DNA from: an uncultured Phycisphaerales bacterium
Lineage (GTDB): Bacteria; Planctomycetota; B15-G4; CAYZWU01
DNA length: 64,000 bases
Direction of reading: 5' to 3'
NCBI GenBank assembly: GCA_964464495.1
Contig: CAYXGI010000002.1
Span: 115,927-179,926 of the forward strand
Below the pieces are notes generated by a model that was not told the DNA's origin, did no database searches, and was given only the letters and a program-made list of their open reading frames with translations. A program made the position numbers and the translations under genes. This document shows, piece after piece, positions 49,565-58,748 of the stretch (within the stretch, counting starts at the first letter, position 1; the number at the start of each line of letters is the position of its first letter).

Positions 49565-52069
49565 ATGAAACGAATGGTCTGCTTCGCAATTCTGTGCACT
49601 CTTTTCTGCACCCCCTCTGCCCTGCGCGCCGACGACGACGCTCCGGAAGCTGATGGGACGATCACTTTTTCCCAGGGGCTGGTCACCGGGCCTGCGGGCC
49701 GCTATGGCCGATCGGCGATCCACTCCGATCCCGTGGAGCACCAGCTCGTCACGGCGACGTGGGTCACGCCCCGCGCGGGCGACGGTATCAAGGATACGGT
49801 CCGCAAGACCGATCTCACCTGGACGGCGATCGACGCGGACGAGAAGGGCTGGTTCCAGCACAAGGCGCTCCGCGGCGGTTACCTTCACCTGTCGGTGGAA
49901 AGCGCCGAGGAGACGGTCATGATCCTCCACGCCAGCGGCCACAGCCTCGTCTACGTCAACGGCGTGCCGCGCGCGGGCGATGTCTACAGCTACGGGTGGA
50001 TCGAGCACCCCGTGCGCCTCGTCGAGGGCCGCAACGACTTTCTCTTTCGTGTTTCGCGCGGCCGCGTTCGGGCCGAGCTCGTCAAGCCTGAGCGCAGCGT
50101 GGCTTTCACGAAAAAGGACATGATCCTCCCCCACCTGCTCATCGGCGAGGAGGAACCTCTTTGGGGCGCCGTGCGCGTGATCAACGCGCGGGCCGAGACC
50201 CTCTCTTCTTTGAAAATTCGTTGCGAGGTGGACGGCGCCCTTCGCCTGTCGACCGCGGTCGGCGTTATCGGGCCGATGACGACACGCAAGGTCGGTTTCC
50301 GGATTCCGGCAGCCACGCCTCGCAAGGCGTCTTCAGACGAAAAAACAGACGATGCGAAAGCAAAAGCGACGATCGTTCTGATCGATGCCGCAACCGGCTC
50401 CCAGCTCGACAGCCTCGAAGTCGACCTGTCCAGACTCTCGCCCTCAGGCAACCACAATCGCACCTTCATCAGCGCCATCGACGGCAGCGTCCAGTACTAC
50501 AGCGTGACGCCGGGTACGATCGAGGATGAATCAGCCGCCAAGCCCGCCCTCTTTCTCTCGCTCCACGGCGCTTCGGTCAAGGCCGAGGGGCAGGCGCGCA
50601 GCTACAAGGCCAAGGAGTGGGGCCATGTGGTGGCGCCCACGAACCGGCGGCCTTACGGATTCGACTGGGAAGACTGGGGGCGGCTCGATGCCATGGAGGT
50701 CCTCGCTCTCGCCGAGGAACGTTTCGACACCGATCGGACGCGCACCTACCTGACCGGCCACTCCATGGGCGGACATGGCGTGTGGCACCTGGGCGCCACC
50801 TTTCCCGCGCGGTTCGGCGCAATCGGCCCGAGCGCGGGCTGGTACTCCTTCTGGTCGTACGGCGGCAAGAAGAAGGACGGTCATGGCTCGAAGATCGAGG
50901 AGCTCTTCGCGCGGGCGAGCAATCCAAGTGACACACTCGCCCTTTCGCGCAACTTTCTCCATCACGGGGTCTACATCCTGCATGGCGACAAGGACGACAA
51001 CGTGCCTGTCGAGCAGGCGCGCTTCATGCGCGAGCACCTCGCCAAGTTCCACGCCGACTTCGCCTACTACGAACGGCCCGGCGCCGGCCACTGGTGGGGC
51101 GGACCGTGCGTCGACTGGCCGCCCCTCTTCGACTTCCTCGATAACCACACGATCCCCGACAAGAAACAGGCGAAGAGTGTCGAGTTCAGAACCTTCAATC
51201 CGGGAATCTCGTCCCGCTCCCACTATGTGTCGATCGAAGCGCAGGAGAAAGCCCTCGACCTGAGCAGGGCCAAGATCACCCAGGATGTGAAGAAGAGGTC
51301 CTTCACGGGCGAGACGGAAAACGTGGCGATCCTGGCTCTCGATCTCGATCAACTCGATCAGGGAGAAGAGCTGTCGGTCGAACTCGATGGAATCAAGGTG
51401 GAAGAGCTGGAGATCCCCGCGGGCGCCGACCGCATCTGGCTCGCCAACGGGAACGACGGGTGGCGACAAATCGAACGGCCCGATCTTACGAACAAGGGCC
51501 CCCACCGCTACGGCACCTTCAAGGACGCCTTCCGCAATCGAATGGTCTTCGTCTACTCCACGCTGGGGACGCAAGAAGAAAACGAGTGGTCTTACGCCAA
51601 GGCGCGCTTCGATGCTGAAACATTCTGGTACCGGGGCAACGGTTCGATCGACGTGGTCGCCGACAGCGCCTTCGATCTCGAAGCCGAGCCCGACCGGAAT
51701 GTGATCGTCTACGGCAACGCGGACACCAACGCTCTCTGGCCGGCGCTTCTCCCGACGAGCCCGGTCCAGGTCGGACGCAATGCGCTCCATGTGGGCACGA
51801 AGGTTTTCGAGGGCGACGACTTCGGTTGTTATTTCGTCCGACCGAGACCGGGGAGTCCGACGGCCACTGTGGGAGTCGTGTCGGGCACCGGCCTCCGTGG
51901 GATGAAAACCGCCAACATGAACATGTATTTCACCTCCGGATCGGGTTTTGCAGATCTTCTCGTGTTCAGCGCCGACATGCTGGTTGGCCATTTCGACGGG
52001 GTCAAGTGTGTGGCCTACTTCGGAATCGACTGGAGCCTCGAAACGGGCGAGATGGCCTGGCTCGATTGA
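49565..52069 (+). CDS. Secreted multidomain alpha/beta-hydrolase (S9-peptidase/esterase-like).
   Basis: The signal peptide is MKRMVCFAILCTLFCTPSALRA. YLTGHSMGGHGVW is a GxSxG nucleophile elbow. LHGDKDDNVPV carries the Asp, and ...GAGHWW the His. GAGG lies 7 nt upstream of ATG 49565. The ORF track's 49490 start is an upstream extension. Confidence 0.65.
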   Translation: MKRMVCFAILCTLFCTPSALRADDDAPEADGTITFSQGLVTGPAGRYGRSAIHSDPVEHQLVTATWVTPRAGDGIKDTVRKTDLTWTAIDADEKGWFQHKALRGGYLHLSVESAEETVMILHASGHSLVYVNGVPRAGDVYSYGWIEHPVRLVEGRNDFLFRVSRGRVRAELVKPERSVAFTKKDMILPHLLIGEEEPLWGAVRVINARAETLSSLKIRCEVDGALRLSTAVGVIGPMTTRKVGFRIPAATPRKASSDEKTDDAKAKATIVLIDAATGSQLDSLEVDLSRLSPSGNHNRTFISAIDGSVQYYSVTPGTIEDESAAKPALFLSLHGASVKAEGQARSYKAKEWGHVVAPTNRRPYGFDWEDWGRLDAMEVLALAEERFDTDRTRTYLTGHSMGGHGVWHLGATFPARFGAIGPSAGWYSFWSYGGKKKDGHGSKIEELFARASNPSDTLALSRNFLHHGVYILHGDKDDNVPVEQARFMREHLAKFHADFAYYERPGAGHWWGGPCVDWPPLFDFLDNHTIPDKKQAKSVEFRTFNPGISSRSHYVSIEAQEKALDLSRAKITQDVKKRSFTGETENVAILALDLDQLDQGEELSVELDGIKVEELEIPAGADRIWLANGNDGWRQIERPDLTNKGPHRYGTFKDAFRNRMVFVYSTLGTQEENEWSYAKARFDAETFWYRGNGSIDVVADSAFDLEAEPDRNVIVYGNADTNALWPALLPTSPVQVGRNALHVGTKVFEGDDFGCYFVRPRPGSPTATVGVVSGTGLRGMKTANMNMYFTSGSGFADLLVFSADMLVGHFDGVKCVAYFGIDWSLETGEMAWLD

Positions 52070-52213
52070 CCTGTCGGCGCGGGCGCGATCGACGTACCGA
52101 TCGTCCCGCCCAGAGAGCGGTTCGTCACCCCTGACCTCGAGGCCGTCACAAGAGGCGTGACTTCCCGGCTATCGGTCCGGCTAGATGGCGCTCAACAAAT
52201 TGGAGGGCATGCC

Positions 52214-53020
52214 ATGAAACTGCCGCTGTCAGAGAACTTTTTGCTTCTCCTTTCGATCGTGTGCGTCATCGTGGGCGCTGGGTGCGCGGGAGACAGGGAC
52301 AGCGAAACGCAATCGCTTAAGCTGTCGATCGTCTACAACAACGAACCCTTCGACGAAGCGTTGAAAACAGAATGGGGATTCTCCTGTCTCATCGAAGGCT
52401 TAGATCAGACCATCCTCTTCGACACCGGGGGTGATGGAGAGACACTCCTTTCCAACATGGATACGATAGGTATCTCACCGGGCAGCGCCGACCTCGTCGT
52501 CCTTTCCCATTACCACGGCGATCACACAAGAGGCCTGGAGAAAATGCATGAGCACAATCAGGCCATGATCGTTTACATGCCAGAGTCCTTTCCCCAGGAC
52601 TTTCAACAGGCGGTAAAGGACACGGGCGCCACTGTGGAGCCCGTGACCGATCCCCTCGTCCTTTTCGAAGGGGCTTGTTCCACCGGCGAAATGGGCAATT
52701 CGATCATCGAGCAGTCGCTCATTCTCGACGCTCCGTCAGGTCTCGTGATCGTGACCGGCTGCTCCCATCCGGGAATCGTCAAGATCGTCCGGCGCGCCCG
52801 CCAGGTGGAGGACAAGGAAATCGATCTCGTGATCGGCGGCTTTCACCTGGGGCGGAAGCCCGACGACGAGGTAGGCGACATCATCAAGGAACTGAAGGAT
52901 CTCGGCGTGAAGCGGGTGGCTCCCACCCACTGCACGGGCAACCGGGCGATCGAACTCTTTCGAGAGGCGTGGGGAGACGATTTCATCGACGCCGGGCTCG
53001 GGCGGGTGATCGAGGTTTGA
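52214..53020 (+). CDS. MBL-fold metallo-hydrolase, lipoprotein.
   Basis: LLLLSIVCVIVGAGCAG is a lipobox. VVLSHYHGDHTRGL is the HxHxDH motif. GGAGGG lies 6 nt upstream of ATG 52214. Confidence 0.75.
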   Translation: MKLPLSENFLLLLSIVCVIVGAGCAGDRDSETQSLKLSIVYNNEPFDEALKTEWGFSCLIEGLDQTILFDTGGDGETLLSNMDTIGISPGSADLVVLSHYHGDHTRGLEKMHEHNQAMIVYMPESFPQDFQQAVKDTGATVEPVTDPLVLFEGACSTGEMGNSIIEQSLILDAPSGLVIVTGCSHPGIVKIVRRARQVEDKEIDLVIGGFHLGRKPDDEVGDIIKELKDLGVKRVAPTHCTGNRAIELFREAWGDDFIDAGLGRVIEV

Positions 53021-53029
53021 GCCGGGGAT

Positions 53030-54037
53030 TCAGAGTTCATCGGGCCCGGCGATGGTGAAGTCGAGCACCTGCATCCGGTGATCGCTCGCCGTGCTCGATC
53101 TCAGGTCATAGTCGAGCGGCCTGATTCTCGGTCCGACGATGCACTGGTCGATGGCGTAGAGAAATACGGGAAATGGCCACGTGTACGACCATCCGGAACC
53201 GGCCGCGTCATAGGCGTGGACGAAACCGGCAGGAAGGTTGGAAAGAGCTTTCGATCGCCGCGGCGAGTTGAAGTCCCCCGCGACGATATCGGGCTTTTCG
53301 CGCGCCACGAGGCCGATCACCTTCTCGAGGTACTCGTTGCGTTTGATGACCAGGCTGGCGTCGAGCTCGACAGCGAAAAGAGTCTGCCTGCGCCCTCGGA
53401 AGATCCAGTCGAACGCATAGACCTTGTGAGTTCCCTTGCGCACGAGCCATCGCCCGTGACTCAGGGCGCCGCGCGCCATGATCACCATGGGGCTGGCCTG
53501 TAGAGACTCGTAATCATCGTCCCCTTCACGAAACGATCGGCACGACTCGGAGACGATCCTTCCAAGCGAGTCGGCCATGATCTTCACTTCCATGTAGTCG
53601 GGAACTTCCGACAGGAGGACGAGGTCCGGATCGAGTGCGGCGATTTCGTGATAGATATCTTTCCAGCCTCCTTTCCCCCACCCCACATTCCAATGAACGA
53701 GGCGGATCGGTTCCGATCCGGGCTGCCCGTCCGACCGGGGAATCCATCGGTTTTCCAGGAACAAGAGGAACAAGATCGGCACGACGGCGGCCAGCGCCGT
53801 GCCGATGGCGATCTTCCTCCACGCGCCTTTCCAGGCCGAAGCCGCATAGAGGAGAAGGAGGCCGGCGCAGATCGGTGTGGGTATGAAGAAGAAAAGGCTG
53901 GTCACGCGATTCAAGTCGCGAAGGATCTGGCCAAATCCCCAGGCAAGCGTGAAACAGACGAGAAGCACGAGATAGAGACGCGGCCGCCCTCTCAAGCGCC
54001 CGCTCTGCCCACACTCTTTATCGAAAAGGGAATTCAA
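53030..54037 (-). CDS. Membrane-anchored endonuclease/exonuclease/phosphatase (EEP) family protein.
   Basis: There are 3 N-terminal TM helices followed by the EEP fold (...LVHWNVGWGKGG...DIVAGDFNSP...SDHRMQVLDF). Confidence 0.7.
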   Translation of the reverse strand: MNSLFDKECGQSGRLRGRPRLYLVLLVCFTLAWGFGQILRDLNRVTSLFFFIPTPICAGLLLLYAASAWKGAWRKIAIGTALAAVVPILFLLFLENRWIPRSDGQPGSEPIRLVHWNVGWGKGGWKDIYHEIAALDPDLVLLSEVPDYMEVKIMADSLGRIVSESCRSFREGDDDYESLQASPMVIMARGALSHGRWLVRKGTHKVYAFDWIFRGRRQTLFAVELDASLVIKRNEYLEKVIGLVAREKPDIVAGDFNSPRRSKALSNLPAGFVHAYDAAGSGWSYTWPFPVFLYAIDQCIVGPRIRPLDYDLRSSTASDHRMQVLDFTIAGPDEL

Positions 54038-54339
54038 GCGCTCCTCCCCGGTTGCACTCTCGACGCGACACCGCCCGCTCTGGTCAGCAAAAATCGGTCA
54101 TCGATCTTCCCGGAGTCCCTCCGGTGCGTCAATCTCCAAGTGGGGAGAGCTCGAAAATTTACAGACCTACAGGTAAAGGCTCGTGGCCTCGTAGATCTTG
54201 ACGCTGCATTTCTCGTCTCGATCTGACACCCGATTCTGAGCCGTTTCGTCAAGGCACACGAAGAGCCACCTCAACTTCATGGTAAATAAATCGTTACAAG
54301 GAGCTCTCCGACGAGAGCTCCACGCGGGGCAGAGTATTT

Positions 54340-54399
54340 ACGAAACTTTTCGTCAGTTTGACGATTTTTTTCGTGTTATTGACGATACTTTTCGTAAAC
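54340..54399 (+). promoter_or_regulatory. Candidate operator array upstream of blaI: nested dyads and tandem 18-bp repeats.
   Basis: ACGAAA-ct-TTTCGT is a dyad. TCGTCA-gtt-TGACGA is a dyad. TTGACGATTTTTTTCGTG and TTGACGATACTTTTCGTA are tandem direct repeats. They end 40 nt before the blaI ATG, and the blaI SD is AAGGAGA. Confidence 0.5.
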
Positions 54400-54439
54400 T
54401 TCCCACTAAAGGGAACGTTGTCAATAAGAAGGAGACAGA

Positions 54440-54829
54440 ATGGCAAAGAAGGAAAACAAACCACCCACCAACGCGGAACTCGAAATCCTTCGCAAACTCT
54501 GGGACCGCGGTCCGAGCACGGTGCGCGAGATTTTTCGTGACCTCAACGAGGAGCGCACCACGGGATACACCACGGTCCTGAAGATCATGCAGATCATGAC
54601 CGAAAAGGGACTCCTCTCGTGCGACAAGAGCGTGCGCCCCCAAGTCTATCAAGTGGTCAGGTCGAAGGTGCACACCCAGCGCCAGCTCCTCACCAACCTG
54701 CTCGACAAGGTTTTCAGCGGTTCGCCGGGCAGCCTCGTGCTGCAGGCGCTCTCGTCGCGCAAGGCGACACCCGACGAGCGCCGTAAGATCCGTGAACTCC
54801 TCGACAAGCTGGAGAAGGAATCGCGATGA
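54440..54829 (+). CDS. BlaI/MecI/CopY-family transcriptional repressor.
   Basis: LTNAELEILRKLWDRGPSTVREIFRDL...TTGYTTVLKIMQIMTEKGLL is a penicillinase-repressor winged helix. It overlaps the downstream M56 gene by 4 bp. Confidence 0.9.
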   Translation: MAKKENKPPTNAELEILRKLWDRGPSTVREIFRDLNEERTTGYTTVLKIMQIMTEKGLLSCDKSVRPQVYQVVRSKVHTQRQLLTNLLDKVFSGSPGSLVLQALSSRKATPDERRKIRELLDKLEKESR

Positions 54830-56175
54830 ATCTCTTCGAATACCTCGAAACCATTCCGATGACACGGGCGCTCGGCTGGACTCTGGTGCATTTCGTCTGG
54901 CAGGGGGCGCTCCTGGCGCTGCTTGTCAAGGTTCTTCTCCATCTATTGAAGAATCGCAGCGCCAATGGTCGCTATCTCGTTTGCTGCATCGGTATGGCGC
55001 TCATGATGGCCGTGCCCGCCGCAACGCTCCTCGTGATTGCCCGCACGGCGAGCGATCCGATCGCGGCCGAGATCTCGGGCCTTCTTTCAGCCGATCTGCA
55101 GAGCCTGCCCTTGTGGACGCGTCTGTCGACCGTCCTGCCGGTGATGACTCTCTTCTGGCTCGCCGGAACCCTGCTCTTTCAAGGACGGCTCTTCATGCAC
55201 TGGAGCAACGCTCAGCGCATCAAGGTCCGAGGAACACAACCTGCCCCCGAAGAGTGGCAGCGCATCGTTATAGATCTCTGTAGAAAGATGAACATACACC
55301 AACCGGTTCGGCTTCTCGAATCCTCCCTGGCCCGCGTGCCAATGATGATGGGATGGCTGCGCCCGGTGATTCTCGTGCCGGCGACGGTACTGACCGGACT
55401 GCCTTCCGAGCATCTCCGGATGGTGATCGCCCACGAACTGGCCCATGTCCGCAGGTATGACTACATCGTCAACCTCGTTCAGGCCGTTTTCGAATCACTG
55501 CTGTTCTATCATCCAGCCGTGTGGTGGCTGTCGAACCGGTTGCGTGTCGAGCGTGAGTATTGTTGTGACGATGTCGTGGTCCGCATGGGCCGCGACGCGT
55601 TGTGTTACGCCAGGGCGCTTTCACTGCTGGACGCGATGCGTGGTGAAGAGTGCCGTACAGCCCCTGCATCGACTGGAGGATTACTCATGAACCGTATTTT
55701 CAGGATTGCCGGAGTCCCCTCGAACAGGACGAGCCGGCTCGGAGGTTGGTTGACGTTGCTCGTGATCTTGCTCTCCCTCTCGGCCGCCCTTTCGGCGATG
55801 GGCCTCTCCCCCATCACGGCCGCGGCGGGCGAAAAACCTTCCAACGCTGACGCGATCAACAAGGCCTACTATGTACCCTTCGGCTATGCGTGCGAGGTGG
55901 AAGCGCTGGTCCAGAAGCTGAAGGCCAAGGGTCTCTCCGACAAGGAGATCGAGCAGGCCCTCAAGAAGATGCAATTCCAGGAGCAGCAGTCCAAGGAAGA
56001 AGCCATGAAGAAGGCCAAGATGGACGCGCTCAAGCGCGAAAAGGAGGAGCAGGCCTTCATCAAGGAGCTCAAGGCAAAGGGGCTGTCGGACAAGGAAATC
56101 AAGACCCTCCTCTTCGAGAAGAGAATGAGGGCCAAGACATCCGGTGCAATGAAAAAGAAAAAGGCCGCGCGCTGA
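54826..56175 (+). CDS. BlaR1/MecR1-like membrane metalloprotease (peptidase M56) with a short repetitive coiled C-terminal tail in place of a penicillin-binding sensor domain.
   Basis: HELAHVRRYDYIVN is the HExxH motif, within 4 TM helices. The C-terminal tail carries the tandem repeats ELKAKGLSDKEIEQALKK and ELKAKGLSDKEIKTLLFEK. There is no transpeptidase-like SxxK sensor. Confidence 0.8.
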   Translation: MNLFEYLETIPMTRALGWTLVHFVWQGALLALLVKVLLHLLKNRSANGRYLVCCIGMALMMAVPAATLLVIARTASDPIAAEISGLLSADLQSLPLWTRLSTVLPVMTLFWLAGTLLFQGRLFMHWSNAQRIKVRGTQPAPEEWQRIVIDLCRKMNIHQPVRLLESSLARVPMMMGWLRPVILVPATVLTGLPSEHLRMVIAHELAHVRRYDYIVNLVQAVFESLLFYHPAVWWLSNRLRVEREYCCDDVVVRMGRDALCYARALSLLDAMRGEECRTAPASTGGLLMNRIFRIAGVPSNRTSRLGGWLTLLVILLSLSAALSAMGLSPITAAAGEKPSNADAINKAYYVPFGYACEVEALVQKLKAKGLSDKEIEQALKKMQFQEQQSKEEAMKKAKMDALKREKEEQAFIKELKAKGLSDKEIKTLLFEKRMRAKTSGAMKKKKAAR

Positions 56176-56197
56176 CGCCAGTTGGCGGTGGGCGACC

Positions 56198-56275
56198 AAA
56201 GCGTCTGTCAACGAGTCGGTGGCTGGGTGTCTCTTTGGGAGTCCCCGCCACCTGCTCGTTGACAGACGCTTTTTC
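56198..56275 (+). terminator. Intrinsic terminator after blaR1: an 18-bp perfect inverted repeat (plus an inner GGTGGC/GCCACC pair) followed by TTTTT.
   Basis: AAAGCGTCTGTCAACGAG...CTCGTTGACAGACGCTTT then TTTCC. The blaR1 stop is at 56173-75. Confidence 0.6.
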
Positions 56276-56406
56276 CAAAGGCGGTTCTATCACTCCCCTT
56301 TTTGCGATGCTATAAATGGTCCGAGCGGCTCAGCCCGGGCCGTGGCACCCGCCGAGACCCTGTCCAGCTTCGCAAAAACAATTTCATGTCATCTGGAGGA
56401 TCCACC

Positions 56407-58476
56407 GTGCCTCGAATCTCTTCGATCACCATCGCAACTTTCGGTCTTCTCACTTTTCTTGCCATTCCATCTTTTGCCGCGGACGAACCGATCCGCGATC
56501 ATGAAATCGTGGCGGAGGATTACTTCGATATCGCCACGATTTTCGACTGCGCTCTTTCGCCCGACGGCAAACATGCCGCCTGGGTCGAGAGCCGCTGGGG
56601 CCGGGGAAAGGAGGGACGCAAGAACGATCTCTGGGTCATCGACATCGAAAAGGGCGCGCCGCTCCGCCTGACCTTCGACGGTTTCGGCCCCGGTCAGGTG
56701 ACATGGAGCCGCGATGGACAGTGGATCTACTGCACGGGCCGCGTCAAGCACCCCGGCGCCGATACACCCCCCCATGACGGCAAAACCCAGGTCTGGCGCA
56801 TCACGCCCACGGGGGGCGATCCCTTCCCCGTGACCCGTGTAAAGAAGGGCATCAAGCAGTTCGAACTCTCCGCCGACAGCCGCTGCCTCTATTACACGGT
56901 CAGCGAGGACTCCTACGAAGACGAGTGGAAAGACCTGCGCAAGCAGTACGACCACCTCGAGTACGGCCACGGCCTCTCGCAGTTGAACTCGGTCTGGAAA
57001 CTCGACCTCGTCAACTGGCGCACGATCAGGATTTTCGATGCCGAGCGGGTGATCCACGAGATGGCGCTCTCGCCCGACGGGAAAAAGATCGCCATGATCG
57101 CCACCGACGACAACGAAAACATCTTCAAGGAAGGCTGGTCGCGCGTCGATGTTCTCGACATCGCCACCGAGGTCAGAGAAGAGCTGGCCGGCCAGAAATG
57201 GCGCGCCGACCATCCCTCTCCCTACGGCTGGATCGGGGGCGTGACCTGGGCGTCCGACAGTGAAGCTCTCGCCTTCTCCGTCTCCTTCGACGGCTATGCC
57301 ACGCAGATTCACGTGGCCGAATGGATCGACGGCGTGGCGCGCCTCCGCGAGATCACGCGCCCTCCACTGGTGGCTCACGACGGCCATCTCTTCTGGCGAG
57401 GCGCCGGGCGCACCCTCTGTTTCCGCGGCGAGCTCAAGGCGCGATCGCGCATCTACGCGATCGACAACGTCGAGGCGGGCGCACAGGGCGACACGAGGAT
57501 CCTCACTCCAGGCGACGTGGTCGTCGGCGCCTTCGGCTTCGATGCATCGGGCCGGCGTCTCGCCGCGGTCATCGAAACGACAAGACGCCTCAACGACATC
57601 TATCTGGTCGACGAGGGAGCGTTCAAGAGGATCACCGACACCAATCCACAGGCCGACCGGTGGAAACTGCCGCAGATCTCGATCGTCACCTGGACCGGCG
57701 CTGACGGCGACAGGGTGGAAGGAATTCTCGAACTGCCGCCCGGCTATGAACGTTCCGACGGTCCCCTGCCCCTCGTCGTCGAACTGCACGGCGGCCCGAC
57801 AGCGTCGACGCGGTACCGCCTCCGCCTCTGGATCTACGGCCGCACACTCATGGCGGCCAAAGGCTATGCGCTCTTCAGCCCCAACTACCACGGTTCGACC
57901 GGCTACGGAGACGAGTTCACCTCGAAGCTGATCGGGCGCGAGAACGACATCGAGGTAATCGACATCCGCACCGGAATCGACGCCCTCGTGGAGCAGGGTA
58001 TTGCCGACCGAAACAGGATGGGCGTCATGGGGTGGAGCAATGGGGGATTTCTAACCAATGCCATGATCACTGCCGAGCCCGATCTGTTCAAGGCGGCGAG
58101 CAGCGGAGCGGGCGTGATCGACCAGGTCATCCAGTGGGCGACGGAGGACACTCCCGGCCACGTGATCAATTACATGAAGAATCTTCCCTGGGAAGATCCC
58201 GAAGCCTACATCAAGGGCTCCCCTCTCTACAAACTCGACAGGGTCAAGACGCCCACACTGGTCCACGTGGGAGGCGACGATCCTCGCGTTCCGGCAGCGC
58301 ACAGCCGCGCCCTCTACCGGGCGCTCCACCACTATCTGAATGTACCCGTCGAACTCGTGGTCTACCCGGGCGAGGGCCACGGTCTGAGCACGCACCAGAA
58401 CCGCCTGGCCAAGATCAAGTGGGATCTGGCCTGGTTCAAGAAATACCTTCTCGATGAGGGCGACGAAATCGAGTGA
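56407..58476 (+). CDS. S9-family serine peptidase (prolyl oligopeptidase/acylaminoacyl-peptidase-like; beta-propeller plus alpha/beta hydrolase). Secreted.
   Basis: Tol-like propeller repeats are followed by GVMGWSNGGFLT (the GxSxG nucleophile), VGGDDPRVP (Asp) and GEGHGL (His). GGAGGA lies 6 nt upstream of GTG 56407. The alternative ATG at 56386 lacks an SD. Confidence 0.8.
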   Translation: MPRISSITIATFGLLTFLAIPSFAADEPIRDHEIVAEDYFDIATIFDCALSPDGKHAAWVESRWGRGKEGRKNDLWVIDIEKGAPLRLTFDGFGPGQVTWSRDGQWIYCTGRVKHPGADTPPHDGKTQVWRITPTGGDPFPVTRVKKGIKQFELSADSRCLYYTVSEDSYEDEWKDLRKQYDHLEYGHGLSQLNSVWKLDLVNWRTIRIFDAERVIHEMALSPDGKKIAMIATDDNENIFKEGWSRVDVLDIATEVREELAGQKWRADHPSPYGWIGGVTWASDSEALAFSVSFDGYATQIHVAEWIDGVARLREITRPPLVAHDGHLFWRGAGRTLCFRGELKARSRIYAIDNVEAGAQGDTRILTPGDVVVGAFGFDASGRRLAAVIETTRRLNDIYLVDEGAFKRITDTNPQADRWKLPQISIVTWTGADGDRVEGILELPPGYERSDGPLPLVVELHGGPTASTRYRLRLWIYGRTLMAAKGYALFSPNYHGSTGYGDEFTSKLIGRENDIEVIDIRTGIDALVEQGIADRNRMGVMGWSNGGFLTNAMITAEPDLFKAASSGAGVIDQVIQWATEDTPGHVINYMKNLPWEDPEAYIKGSPLYKLDRVKTPTLVHVGGDDPRVPAAHSRALYRALHHYLNVPVELVVYPGEGHGLSTHQNRLAKIKWDLAWFKKYLLDEGDEIE

Positions 58477-58748
58477 TCGATCGCGTCGTTGAGAGTCCTA
58501 CAAGATTTGGGATTTTGTGTGAGGAATATAAAAGAGCTTGCCAGGAAACCCAGGGTATCAGGGTATTAGGAGGTGAAAGAATCGGGTTTTACACCTTCGG
58601 CGAAGCAACCTTGGCAAACTCTGGTTTATATCAATAATCTCTATTTTATAGCTTTTTTCAATTACAGAACAATTAATCTCTCGTCCTCGTAGGCATCTTA
58701 CTTAAGTAAGATACCATAATGCTCAGGCCCGATCAAAATAATTTTTGC

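Noticed and set aside
58530-58690. Small ORF after the AGGAGGTG motif in the AT-rich island
   Set aside because: There is no in-frame ATG. Only a GTG with zero spacing to the SD is available, and the frame encodes low-complexity peptide. It was not called.
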